From positions 248,001-312,000 of the forward strand of contig JBLDXI010000046.1 in NCBI GenBank assembly GCA_047495785.1: 64,000 bases of DNA, given 5' to 3'. The DNA is from Lepidodermella squamata (taxonomy: Eukaryota > Animalia > Gastrotricha). The position numbers were made by a program, and so were the translations under genes. Below the pieces are notes generated by a model. The model was given only the letters and a program-made list of their open reading frames with translations. It searched no databases and was not told where the DNA came from. Position 1 is the first letter of the stretch; each line of letters opens with the position of its first letter. Shown piece by piece: positions 52,684 to 64,000 of this stretch.

Positions 52684-53154
52684 TTAACAACACACCGCCC
52701 TTACATTGCCACATTTTTGGCACGCGATTTGTTTATTACTTCCTCCTTGTGAGCATACATGTGCTTAATAAAAGCAAATACGGCTCAGCTAAATCACTGC
52801 AAATCGAGCACCTTAAATCAAAATCAATCAAAATCATCCCATCACGATGAAAGTCAATCAAATCAAATCACAGGTAGCTAAAAAGGTATGTAAATCAAAT
52901 CAAATCAAATCAAATCCAAAGCACTGGCAATAATAAAAAAAATGTCGCAGCTGATAGCTGATGCAGGAGCAGAGTTGTCCACGGGTCGAAAAATTGAGGC
53001 CCGGCCCGGCCCGTCAGTAAATATCTCCAAACCCGGCCCGGCCCGGCCCGGCCCGTATAAGAAAAATCACACGAAATTACCACTGTCGGCCAGACGGCCT
53101 TTGACAGTTGACGGGGAACTCCCAGCTCATTAACATGTTGAATTATTCATAATA

Positions 53155-53726
53155 CAGTGCGCCCTCCATAAATGCAACCTCTGTTAATGGAAAACCTCCG
53201 TATTTGCAAGCGATTTTGTCCCCCGTTTATTTTATTTGTTAAAAACTATTTTTCATTAAAATAAAAATTGTTAGTTTGATAATTTTTATTTACGGTGAAA
53301 AATTAGGCGTCGTTAGCAACAAAATTTCAGCGCTGCGGGCAGCTTTCTAGCTTTTTTACTTGACGGTCGCGCGGTGTTATCTCACATCTCACCCAAACAC
53401 CCAACCTCTCGATCTTTACAGACCGTTGTTTTTAATGAAGCTCATTGATATTTCGAATCAACAAAATCGTGCGCACGCGATTTGTCGAGTTTTTGCTTTT
53501 ACAAATACTACAACCCATTCAAATCAATGAATTTGACTAAATTTGTTCCGGCTTATCTCAAAACATGGCTAACCACTAAAATCATCGTTGCCTTAGCAAC
53601 TATGAAAAAAACTTAGCGACGCACTTATGATTCATCGCTAGCTCTTTAACAGCCCTCTCTAACTGCAACCCTCTGTAAATGCAAACGCGTGTCTCCCGAC
53701 CGTTTGCATTTATGGAGGGCGCACTG
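53155..53726. mobile_element. Tc1/mariner-type MITE nested in the Helentron
   Basis: ta|cagtgcgccctccataaatgcaa ... ttgcatttatggagggcgcactg|ta. Confidence 0.85.
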
Positions 53727-53809
53727 TACACAATTGTAGTCTATCGGCCGATCTCATCATGAAAACCATCCGTATGATATAAGAATTTTATTGAGCAAAA
53801 CAATAGAAG

Positions 53810-53958
53810 ATAAAATATGAAGAATTGGAGAGTAGAATAGAATAGAAGAAGACAAAAGATAATAGAGTGCAGAAAGAAGATGATAGAAGATAGAAGAGCG
53901 TAGAAAGAAGAACAGATAGCAGAGAAGATAGAAGAGAATAGAATAGAGAATAGAAGAA
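53810..53958. repeat. Purine-rich (AGAAT/AGAAG/AGAT) low-complexity tract
   Basis: Direct reading; it explains the spurious hydrophobic ORF 53741-53962. Confidence 0.85.
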
Positions 53959-54002
53959 CCACACTAGTTCATCAGCTTTTGTCAGTTTTCGTTTTCATTT
54001 TG

Positions 54003-54260
54003 TCAGGCGATTTCGCCGACTGATTCAATTGCTTCGACGTCAGTCACGACGTGATTGATGAGTTGAATTGATGCCTTTTCGTTTACGAACAGCTGCTTTT
54101 TCTCCCGAAAGGTCTGAAATAGGCTATTAAGTATGCTGACAACCTGCCCATCCTTCGTGATCAACCCCTTTTGTTCACCGAAAACCACCACCGCAATCAT
54201 CTTCTTGTCATCTCGAAGATGGAATCTGTCCGGTTGGGCAGGATCACTGCTCTTCAACAA
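54003..54260 (-). CDS. OB-fold / RPA-like ssDNA-binding domain fragment of the Helentron
   Basis: FHLRDD..MIAVVVFGE.......GQVVSI.N pattern typical of OB folds; lies downstream of the helicase. Confidence 0.45.
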   Translation of the reverse strand: MLKSSDPAQPDRFHLRDDKKMIAVVVFGEQKGLITKDGQVVSILNSLFQTFREKKQLFVNEKASIQLINHVVTDVEAIESVGEIA

Positions 54261-54724
54261 GTTAACAACAAAGCCAGTAACGTTTACTCGGTGTTAACAG
54301 GGATTCGTGCGATATCTGAAACCGGTAACAAGTCAACTTGTTTCTTCTCTTCTTTCTGGTCTTTTTTCACGCGTTTTAAATTGTTCAAACTTAAGCAAGC
54401 AGGTATTCTCGAAGCCAACTGCTGGAATTGATACTCAATTCATGTTATTTAAGTTTGATTTCTCAAAACTTACGTTTGCAAGGCAATTTTGTGCAGGGGG
54501 TGCAAGTTCAGTAACCTCGGGACGCCCAGAAAATTCCAAAAATCGATTCTGAATGAAAGATTAATTGTATAGAATGCATCCTCTCTCTAACAAAACTGCA
54601 ATAACGAGCGGTGAAACTTTTGAACAGGAGCGGCTGATAACTCCTGATGTAGTCTGTCTTCTGTAAGCAGGCTCTCAGGCGGTTGCGCGTTGATCGCCAT
54701 ATTGCACGCCGCCGTGCTCAAATC

Positions 54725-55600
54725 TTAAGCACCTGTTTTTCGGAAAAACTCTTCAATGAGAGCAGTTGAAATGCTCTTCAGTCGCTCGTCCTCTGCGAGG
54801 AGCCTTGGATCGGGGCTGAAATACTTGTAGTCATCTTCGGTGAGATGATACACGAGCCATAGGCCAAGTAGCGTTCGCACTCTCGACAAGCCAACGTACA
54901 AGCTAGCTTTATCGACCGATAAGAAAGATGGTGGCCTGGGGTCGCCGATGCAGATGGTATCTAAGCTCAGCCCCTGCACCCCAAAGACGGTTGTTCCGAA
55001 GGAAGGCAGGATAGGGTAATTGTTTAAGCCAAAGCTTGTCATCAATCCGTTGATGGGGAGATTGCAGTGATGATATGAGCGCGCAATCGGGACAACTGTT
55101 TCCGGCCATGACAAAGGCAAGCCTGGCCAGCGGGAACCAGGCCTTGCGGTGGGTATGTCAACGAAAATGTTAACAGGCTCGACAAGAGGCACGAGAAAAC
55201 CTTCTGCATGAAAAAAATCTTTCGCTGACGTGCCCTGAGGCCACTGAATATGATAGACCACAGCCTCGGCCCCATTACAGACTCCTCTAGGCAGGCACTG
55301 ATTGGCTTTAAGTCGCACTGGCATTCCTTCGAAAAGCATTAGCATGGGCGGGACATTGCCAGTTTTGTTGTCGGGCTAAGTGACAATTTCCTCGAGATCG
55401 ATAGGGTATTTCGACGTCACACGAGCTGGAATCTTGTATATCGGTTTTCCGATTTTTTCTGATATGAGATTTATAGCAGTTGCGTTAACTGCAAGTCGCG
55501 TTTTATTTTCTGGCGCAACCACTGTGGTATACATAGATCTGTTCCTAAGAGCAGCGTTCAACACGACATCGGGTCCCGATCTGGAATCTAACATTTGTTT
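54725..55600 (-). pseudogene. PIF1-like helicase C-terminal fragment
   Basis: APEN.TR..VN, GMPVRLKAN..GVCNG, YPILPSFGTTVFGVQGLSLD, LYVGLSRVR; in-frame stop at 55376-55378 and no Walker A. Confidence 0.85.
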
Positions 55601-56379
55601 GATGCCGTCCGCGATTCCTTTGCGAAAACTGGAGAGAAGGATTATTCGGCCCTGTTATAGGGTATGCGCACTCCTCCAGCACGTGCACAGAGAGCCCGCA
55701 CTGGCTGCTGTCACAGCATGCAACCACTGCGAAAGTGGTTGCAGCTTTCTGATATCTCACTCGGTCTCCCTCGCTTCACTTCTGATGTTTCGCTGTTAAC
55801 TCCTCTTTCGGCATCGATTCAGAAGCCATTCGACGCTTGCGACGGACTCTCTCATTTCGCTTCGATTTTGTCGCTGTCAATTCTTCTTTTGGCATTGGTT
55901 CCACAGTTTCCTGGCGTCTTTTACAGTCTGCAGCGTTGCGCTTCAGCCGACTTTCCTCAGATTTGCTTTTATTTCTAGCGCGGTCTCTAGCATTACGCAG
56001 AAGGCGCTTTGTTTCACCGTCATTTTCATTTCTACTTGCGGCTTTACACTCGAAGGGTCCTGGAGGATGGCATTTTTCAGTAGAATTATCAGTGGGCACG
56101 CGCTTAGTATTAACACTGATTGTTGCAGTGGGCTTAGCGTTACGATGGCGCATATTGATGCCGTTGAAATGATTAATATAACATCAAGCCTATTGAAAAA
56201 TAGGAAGGGATTTGAATGCCCAATGCGCCGAATTATAAATTGAAAACTGGATTTGAATGCCGAATGCGCCGAATTATAAATTGAAAACTCATTTATGGCT
56301 TGTGAAATTGTTTCGGTAGAAGTACGCGCTGTTCACTGATTATGTGCACTGATCATGTTGCACGTCAACCCGTCGCAGT

Positions 56380-56660
56380 TGTTAGTAGATCCTGTTTTTT
56401 AAATGTACACTCATATCCTCCTTGAAACACGCGTTTTTTAAATGTACACTCATATCCTCCTTAAAACACGCGTTTTTAAATGTTCACTCATATCCTCCTT
56501 GAAACACGCACGCGCACACTGTTGTCAGTAGATCCTAAAAGTAGATCCTGTTTTTTAAATGTACACTCATATCCTCCTTGAAACAAGCACGCGCACACTG
56601 TTGTCAGTAGATCCTAAAAGTAGATCCTGTTTTTTAAATGTACACCCATATCCTCCTTGA
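56380..56660. repeat. Minisatellite near the Helentron 5' end
   Basis: Five copies of aaatgtacactcatatcctcctt (minor variants), the later ones in ~79-bp units; a ~41-bp direct repeat also at ~56208-56289. Confidence 0.85.
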
Positions 56661-57357
56661 CGTACGGACACACGTAACGAAGACGCCCCACGACAACGGG
56701 GAGTTCCCCGTCATTAGCATTCCTTCTTCCGTCTTGTTGATCAAAAACTTCAAAGAGCCTTTATTTTTACTCAAAATTGGCATTATATTGATGATACAAG
56801 ATCAAAATTTTACTACGGGAATAACTTAAAACCTTACTATCAAATTTACCGAAAGCAATAGTAAAGAAATCCTAGAAGACGGGTTTTGAAAACCAGACCC
56901 GTACCCGCCCAAACCCGGCCCGGCCCGGCCCGACCCGCGTTAAACCCGGCCCGTGGACAACTCTGTGCAGGAGGTCCTGTAGCCAGCGAAAATGTTCGCA
57001 GTATGTGATATGTGAACAAAGGCGACATCGCCCAAAGGTCGCTAATTAATGTTTGCTTTGTAACCTACACAGATCAAGAATTGCATTGAATAAAATGGAT
57101 ATATTTTCCGACTACGTGATTCACTGTGCATCTGCCTGGCCGCATATTAATCTATCACTGACAACTATTCATTACATTTATAATAACGTAAAGTTATAAA
57201 GAGCTAGCGGCAGCTGGTGGACTCAAACCCCCGACACTGCGATTAATTTGTATCCCCGAATTATTCTGGAGGCCTGAGTTCGATACCCTGCAAGAAAGCT
57301 AGTTTTTTCGCAAAATAAGCTGAAGCTGAACCCTGCGATTTTGCCTACAACGTAAAG

Positions 57358-57412
57358 CCGTCCGATGTGGGGCTGGAACCCATGAACCTGGGATTTAGAG
57401 TCCTATGCATCA
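57358..57412 (-). pseudogene. tRNA-derived relic (tRNA-Lys-like or SINE head)
   Basis: gatgtggggctggaacccatgaacctgggatttagagtcctatgc resembles the reverse complement of a tRNA-Lys 3' half, with a mutated T-loop and no 5' arm. Confidence 0.4.
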
Positions 57413-57859
57413 GATATAAATTAGCGATTCACTTCAACAACGGTCAATTCACTTCAATGCCCGTTTAGGTGTCTTTTAGCTCCTTCCTGAATTATTTGAA
57501 ATATTAGCCGATTTTTCGAAAGTCGATAGGCCAGCCTGATCTAGCATATGAAAGAGGCTACCACTACCCACTACTTAACGATATACTCGATCAACGTTGT
57601 GTCAATTTTCCCGTTTTTTCACAAATAATAATTATTCGATTTTGACTTTAAAATGGCAGCATCCCGAGAAGGGGCGGCTGGAGCGTCTTGATAATCAGAC
57701 CATGCCTGAGAAGACGATAATAATTAGAATCAATCGAAGCACCTATCGAATCGATTATTTCTCTTGCATACTCTTTTATAGGCCATTCAACAATGGCATT
57801 TCCTTATTTATTTCGCCGTTCGCCGTTTGTTGTGGATATAATATTTGAAATTATTAAAA

Positions 57860-58020
57860 CAGTGGTCCGAGTACGGGGGGTAAGGGGGTAAACAAACCCC
57901 CCTGGCGTTCGAAAATTGCTTAAAAACGTGAGGGTCCCCCCTGTTGATTTGCAAATTTAGGTCTAAAAATGCCCGATTTACCCCCCCCCCCCCTCATAGC
58001 TGGACCTAGTCGGAACCCTG
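57860..58020. mobile_element. hAT-type MITE
   Basis: cagtggtccga...tcggaaccctg with near-perfect 8-bp TSD tattaaaa/aattaaaa. Confidence 0.7.
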
Positions 58021-58156
58021 AATTAAAATCGAAAGGAAATCGATTTTATATAATTATAAAATAACGCCAAAGCATTTGAACGAATTAATTTTTATTTTTA
58101 TCAATCTCCGATATGGCTCACTACTCATCTCATCTCATGGCATTCATTCCAACCGC

Positions 58157-58566
58157 TCAATTGGCTCGATAGGGGAGGAACCAGCTCTTGACGCCAATCG
58201 GCGCAGTCACATTAAACCCCATGACATAGCAATTTCTCAGCAAGTAGCACCTGCTGTCGGTGCCGACGGAAGTCACGAACGTGATAGCATTGCATCCTGA
58301 TCTTAATTCGCAGAAACTTCTGCAGGTTTCATCATCCATCAGACGTGCTGAGCGGGTCATTAGCTCGATTAGATTGGGTGGATTTATGTTCACGTTTGTA
58401 CTGTTTGTAGGTACTCGACAATCGCCTGGCAGAGCTTTGAAAGCTTCACAAATCAATAATCGCATTTAATAACATGGCCATATTTCCCGATGAAAAATAA
58501 CTAACCTGCCGAGCAAATGCCAACCACGAACGCCAGAGCAAAGGCAACTGCGAGCTTGTTAGACAT
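58157..58566 (-). CDS. Small secreted PAN/Apple-domain protein, copy B (2 exons)
   Basis: Signal MSNKLAVAFALAFVVGICSA, phase-1 intron, six-Cys PAN pattern (CRSFCELRSGCNAITF...CYLLRNC). Confidence 0.8.
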
Positions 58567-59439
58567 GGCTTGAGTTAATGACAAAAACGAATATCAAATT
58601 TGAAGAATAAAAAATTAAGCGATTAGCGCCCATAATTTATAGGCGTTTCTTGTACGAAAACTCTTGCACTAACTAAGGACAGAGAACACGGAAAACATGC
58701 GTGGTGCAGCTGAAGCAATGAGAGTTAGGCGGTACGTGAAAAAAACATGTTTGCCGCTTTAGGGAAAATATCGAGAAGCTCTGCCAATTCCAATATGAAT
58801 TTTACTGGGTGAATACTTTCTCATGTGTTCTACCACCCCCCTCACCCTATCTCCCACTCCCCCGATCTTTAGTAAAAACATCGCAGCTGATGCAACAGGC
58901 GCTATAGCCGGCGAAATTTGTTGTTGTGCGAAAAAAGGCGTCATAGGAATATTTTGTGAACGCCTGTTATGCTCGAATTATATCTTGAGTGCATCTGAAA
59001 GATAGAAGCCAATAGTAATAAAAACTTCATCGGGTTATTAGCCGGATGCTCCTGCTAATTATCAATTATCATGAAATGAATTTGTGCCACCAAATTCCCT
59101 TCTTCATTAATATCGGAGAGCTTACATCACAAAAATATGGTCGAAGTCAGGTTGATCTTATTGCTTACAGCAACTCTGAGTATGCCAAGCCCAAATATGC
59201 CAAGTATGCCGTATGCCAAGGCTACGCTGGTTCCAACGACACAACGAAATTGCAAATGAAGCCATTCAGACTACTTATGCTGTCGTTACTATAGTAATGA
59301 CCGGGTACGAACCTAGGGACAACATGATGTGTAAAGCTGCTCAAGAAATGGTTTTTCAAATCGTCAACAAAACGGCGCGACTTTTTACCCAACTACCATA
59401 TCGAGCTCGATTTTCGAAACGAAGGTCCTTTCGGCGGTA

Positions 59440-59580
59440 CGAGAAACCGTGGCTATAACGCGGAGAATCGAAACTATATCAGACAAAACCGCTTCCCCAT
59501 TTTTCGCAAAAAGATTGACGTCAGCACCAATGCTGTAAAGAGAGTTCAAGGAGAAACGAACAACTTCGATGCAGCGAACA
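59440..59580 (-). pseudogene. Ankyrin-repeat relic
   Basis: CIEVVRF...GADVN..KNGE, sharing DNA motifs (gaacaacttcgatg, gaaaccgtgg) with the ANK arrays. Confidence 0.45.
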
Positions 59581-60255
59581 CTCTCACAGAAATGACTGGT
59601 TAGATAAGGCGTAAGGCGCCGTAGAGCGGTACTAGGGCGCCTTAAATGCCTCTTGAAGGCGTCTTGCATGATTCATTTTCTAACGTCCATTTTCCCGTAT
59701 TTTTTCTAGTTTATTTCTGTCAGCATAATGCTTTGGATGAAGGGACATAATAAAACAGTTTTTTGTTTCGTATTTCCTAAGGCGCCTTGGAGCGATTTGA
59801 TTCATAGCGCAGGATAACTGATGCCAAGAATCACAGTCAGCCGGGGACTTAGAGCTTTGTGCTTGAGCTAAATTGTAGAATTTCTGGGCGCGCGCTGATT
59901 GGTCAATCTATCGTTGCTATGACTCCCGGATGAAACATGTTGGTTGTGCGATCAATGAAATTTTTTGCAACAAGTGTTTTTTGCCGCAGCAAAAAATCCA
60001 GATTTTAAAGTCGCCTTGACGTGACCTTGGCGTCTTACCAAGATGCCTTACCAAGACGTCTCAAAATTAGTAAATTTGTGTGCATAATTGGGCAAAACAA
60101 TTGTACGCATAAGCAAATGAACCAGTCGTTATTTCTAATCGATCATAGTCGACATTAATTTTCAATCGCCATAACATGTAAAAGCTGTCGTTTCTCAGTA
60201 TATTGGGTTCTTCTACCTTCTACTGGACCAGTGAGGTAATTTTGATACCTGATTG

Positions 60256-60406
60256 CAGTGGTCCGAGTACGGCGGACGGGGGTAAGGGGGTTAACAAACC
60301 CCCCTGGCGTTTGCAAATTTCTGATAAACGTAAGGGCTGATTTGCAAATTTAGGGCTCAAATTGCTCGATTTACCCCCCTCAGAGCTGGACCTAGTCGGA
60401 ATCCTG
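60256..60406. mobile_element. hAT-type MITE
   Basis: cagtggtccga...tcggaatcctg with exact 8-bp TSD cctgattg. Confidence 0.8.
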
Positions 60407-60646
60407 CCTGATTGATGCCCGTGGGATGAAGCGATAGTACCAATACATTTTGGTCTCGAATATTCAAAGAAATATTTTTATTACTGTCCAAATAAATAAT
60501 GACATAGTTAATGCAATTAATGGGAATTTATATGTCAAAAAGTACCAATAAGGCGCCTTCAAAAGCTGTCTTCTGCTGATTTGTAATACGCCTTATGAAA
60601 AATACAAGGCGATTCAGGGCAAGGCGACTTTATGCATCTTTTGGCA

Positions 60647-60780
60647 TTACGCTAACCCGTCTATTCTGTGAGAGTGAATCCTAGCAGCCAACCAAAGCGG
60701 GGTTTTGCCGTCTTTATGAGCCAGGCAAACAGTGGCTGGAGCTAAGTCTGCCAGGAATTTAACAACTTCAGAACAGCCCG
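60647..60780 (-). pseudogene. Single ankyrin-repeat relic of the same family
   Basis: GCSEVVKFLADLAPATVCLAHKDGKTPLWLAAR; downstream flank ttggcatta matches the NLR stop flank. Confidence 0.75.
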
Positions 60781-61279
60781 CTGATGAAATAGTCGATCTA
60801 GCATTTGAAACAGGCTGCCACTGCTTTACGATTTTCCTGGTTTTTTTTCCCAACTTTTGATATTTCGATTATGACTTTAAAATGGCAGCATCCCGTGGAT
60901 GAGCGGTGAGAGCTTCTGCCCGATTTTTTTAACTTGCTCTGATCTTAATAGCGGCCAGTCGAATGGAAATCAGACGATGCCTGGGAAGATTCAGTCGACG
61001 CACCTATCGAATCGGTGTTTCTTCTTGTTGTTTACTCTACATGGGGTATTGTTTACTCTCATTATTGAGAGTTTGCTTTCAGTAGAAGAAGGCCTATTGA
61101 AAACTAACTCTTAACGATGCGACACTCTCAATGTGACACATATATAAGAATTTGAATGTTCTTGGTTATTTCGCCCTGTGGACCAATTAATCTTTATTTT
61201 TATAAATCTCCGATAAGGCTCAATACTCATCTCATCTTATTAGCCCTTCATTCTTACCGTATCTTCTGACTGAGGTTCT

Positions 61280-61677
61280 TCAGGCTCGATTGGGGAGGTA
61301 CCAGCTCTTGGCGTTGGTCGCCGGGGTCCCAGTAACAGCCCCAAAATAGCAACTATTCAGCAGGTAGCACCTGTTCATGCCCGAGACGGAGTTCACGAAC
61401 GTGATGGCATAACAGCCTGGTTGTATAATGCAAAACGATTTGCAGAGATCTTCACCCATCTGAGCAGGTGTGCGAGTCATAAGCTCGATTAGATTGGATG
61501 GCTTCACGTTCAAGTCTGTAGATTTTCGACAATCGCCTGTCCATGCTTTGAAAGCTTCACAAATCAAGAATCGCATTTAATAACATGGCCATATTTCCCG
61601 ATGGAAAATAACTAACCTGCCGAGCAAACGCCAACGAAGAACACCAGAGCAAAGGAAACTGCGAGCTTGTTAGACAT
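61280..61677 (-). CDS. Small secreted PAN/Apple-domain protein, copy C (2 exons)
   Basis: Signal MSNKLAVSFALVFFVGVCSA; CKSFCIIQPGCYAITF...CYLLNSC. Confidence 0.8.
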
Positions 61678-62411
61678 GGGTTGAGTTTATGAAGAAAACA
61701 AATATCAAATTTGAAGAATAAAAATTAAGCGATTAGTGCAATAATTTATAGGCGTTTCATGTACGAAAACTCTTGCGCTAACTAACAACAGAGAAAACGG
61801 AAAACATGCATGATGCAGCTGAAGCAATGAGAGCTGGGCGGTACGTGGCAAATCATGCTTTCCGCTTAAGGAGAAGTTATGCCAATTTCAGTAAAATTTA
61901 TTTTGTGACTAATTTCTCACTGGGTGAATACCTTCTCACGTGTTCTACTCCCACTTCCCCGATCCTCAGTAAAAAACATCGCAGCTGATGCAACAGGCGC
62001 TATAGCCGGCGAAATTTGTTGTGTTATGCGAACAATGGCGACATAGGAAAATGTTCTAAACGCCATTTATGTTTGAATAATATCTTGAGTGCAATGTGAA
62101 AGATAGAGGCAGATATAAACGTCATCGGTAATTCGCCGGATGCTCAATTTAATAACGGCTAATTTAATTATCATGAAAAGAATTATTGCGACCTAATGCT
62201 CTTCTTCATTCACATCGTAGATTGACCGGTCAATCCAGGGTGAGTTCGGTACCTTACAGCTGGATGGGGCATCATAATCATACTCATACTCATTTTTATT
62301 TGCAAATCGTAATAAACAGTTAGCAAGTGGTCAGCAGTATGTGATTTCGAGGCGCCTCGCCGCAGATGTTACATGTTTATCAAATAGAGCAGAATTATGT
62401 TTAATTTAATA

Positions 62412-63341
62412 CATGTCTGAAATAAAATCCGCCTTCGCTCCAATTTCAGACAGTGCGTCCTGCTCAATGATGGATTAATTTCAGGCAGGCCGATTTTTTG
62501 ATGTCCTGCCTTCCTGACTTCAAAAATCGGCCTGCCTGAAATTAATCCATCATTGTGTCGGACACGCTGTCTTAGAGCCCAAAACATCTCGAAAAAAGTT
62601 TATTTTACCCAGATGTTATGACAAGAAGCAGCTGATGCGATTAGTGATAAATGAAAAGTGGGGTTTTGACAATTATTTTCGCGCGAAAAGGAATTTTGGC
62701 AAATTAAGAATCAAATCACAAATCAATAGGGTATACGAAATTCAGCCCATAAGGGAAATAAGCTCATAGCCCTCAATGCAGTTAAAATGAGTACCGCAGA
62801 ATTTCAAAAAAATCGATAATAATCAATAAATCAAAATTTACCGGCGCAAAATAAGGCTGATAAATTTTCCCAAAATTGTTGAAATCAGGCAAATAATACT
62901 GCGAAATTAAGAAATGATTGATTTGCGCAAAATAAGGCCTATCGATTTTGCTGAGAACGAACGCGTGAAAAAAAGAGAAACTTACTTCAGTTGTAAATCT
63001 TGGTCACTTTCAATGACCTGACAACGCTCCATGTTTAACGAAATTTGAATGCCAAAATGTGAGAAAAATAGCTAGTAGCATTCGAAATTAATAAACGCCA
63101 AATGAGATGACTAGTAAAGTCAAGCGCGGGCTTTTCATTATCACTCGACCGACATGCCGCCTGCTTAACTTTGTCTTAATTAGACCACTCGGACATGGTG
63201 ATTGAAAACATGGAAACAATCGGCGGTGACCACTTTTAAAATAAGCCGGTATCATTTTGGGAGGGCCCTTTCTTGGACACGTCCAAAAATACAATCTCTG
63301 AAATTGATCTGTCCTGCTCAGCGGATTTTATTTCAGACACG
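62412..63341. mobile_element. TA-flanked TIR element containing a long internal hairpin (62448-62572)
   Basis: ta|catgtctgaaataaaatccgc ... gcggattttatttcagacacg|ta. Confidence 0.7.
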
Positions 63342-63439
63342 TATTAAAAAGTACAACGCCTGAGATCCAGTTTCATCCAGCTGGCGGATTTTAGAGCGCA
63401 ACGGCCTTCGGCCTAGCGCCCTAAAATCCGCCAGCTGTC

Positions 63440-63725
63440 TAAAACCAGATCTAAGGCGTTATACTTAATATAGTTGCAGAACGCTTGATGAGAATTATTT
63501 ACGACAACAGAAGACAGACGGTTCCACGCAGCACGAACACGCCTAGAGAAGCAGAATTTATAGCTTTGGTTATTTCTACACGCGCTCATCTTCACAGAGT
63601 GAGGAGGTAGGCGAGGATTCCGGCAGATTTCGAAGAAATCAGAGAAACCAATGTCAACTAATCCCTGATAAATTTTATGCGTCAAGATCAAATCATGTTG
63701 GAGGCGGCGAACTTCAAGCATCGGT
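63440..63725 (-). pseudogene. CR1/L2-like LINE 3' fragment
   Basis: LEVRRLQHDLILTHKIYQG...FSRRVRAAWNRL is homologous to 51620-51895. Confidence 0.8.
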
Positions 63726-64000
63726 TCTCACGAATGGATTTCAATCTATACCGCATAATTGGCAACTGAAGCTCACTATACCTTGATTCACATCTTGTAA
63801 CTGGAAAAGGTTCTTCGGCCGATGAGGTTTGCCTGGAAATAGTCTAGTGAAGATAGTCATCATTAGACTCTGAGCGTGAACGGAAAAAGCAGATGGTTCA
63901 TTCCAAAATTCACCAGGAAGAAACACCTGTTTTTGATGATGAGGACCTGGAGTCTCTGCTGCTGTAGGGAGAATTGACGCTCGACTCGCTGCCGGTTTCA

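Larger units (their letters stand above)
53082..56713 (-). mobile_element. Internally deleted Helentron/Helitron2-like element
   Basis: 15-bp inverted repeat tgacggggaactccc (53109-53123) / gggagttccccgtca (56699-56713), a palindrome at the 5' end, a stem-loop at 53082-53108 at the 3' end, and PIF1 helicase coding sequence inside. Confidence 0.7.
52970..56965. mobile_element. hAT-type non-autonomous element carrying nested insertions
   Basis: 16-bp TIR cagagttgtccacggg / cccgtggacaactctg, exact 8-bp TSD tgcaggag, subterminal (GGCCC)n tracts. Confidence 0.9.

Noticed and set aside
53741-53962. Hydrophobic membrane-protein ORF
   Set aside because: It is the translation of a purine-rich microsatellite.
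1-64000. Prokaryotic defence island or CRISPR array
   Set aside because: Genes have spliceosomal introns and belong to metazoan families. The 102-bp periodicity is ankyrin coding sequence and there is no repeat-spacer structure.

Overview
This is eukaryotic, most likely invertebrate animal, genomic DNA. It has compact GT-AG introns (mostly about 48-60 bp), gene-dense tandem arrays almost all on the minus strand, and many small transposons. Left to right: a 5-exon secreted Cys-rich gene; an array of four highly divergent GABA-B-type class C GPCRs plus one pseudogene; a divergent globin with the ancestral B12.2 intron; a CYP2-clan P450; a secreted PAN + fibrinogen-like protein; an RDH12-like SDR; two bacterial-looking GT6 (ABO/alpha-Gal-type) glycosyltransferases with altered catalytic motifs; two atypical Cys-loop receptor subunits; a TIR-NB-ARC-ankyrin NLR-like receptor. 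Next to the receptor lie an 18-repeat ankyrin-only gene built from the same 102-bp repeat, NLR/ankyrin relics, and three small secreted PAN/Apple-domain genes in duplicated units. A nested hAT > Helentron > Tc1-MITE insertion and LINE relics are also present. The best candidate for an undescribed system is the TIR-NB-ARC-ANK / hypervariable ANK array / PAN cluster (about 38.7-61.7 kb), possibly part of a wider self/non-self or chemosensory island. All gene models were spliced by hand from the sequence; no database searches were run.
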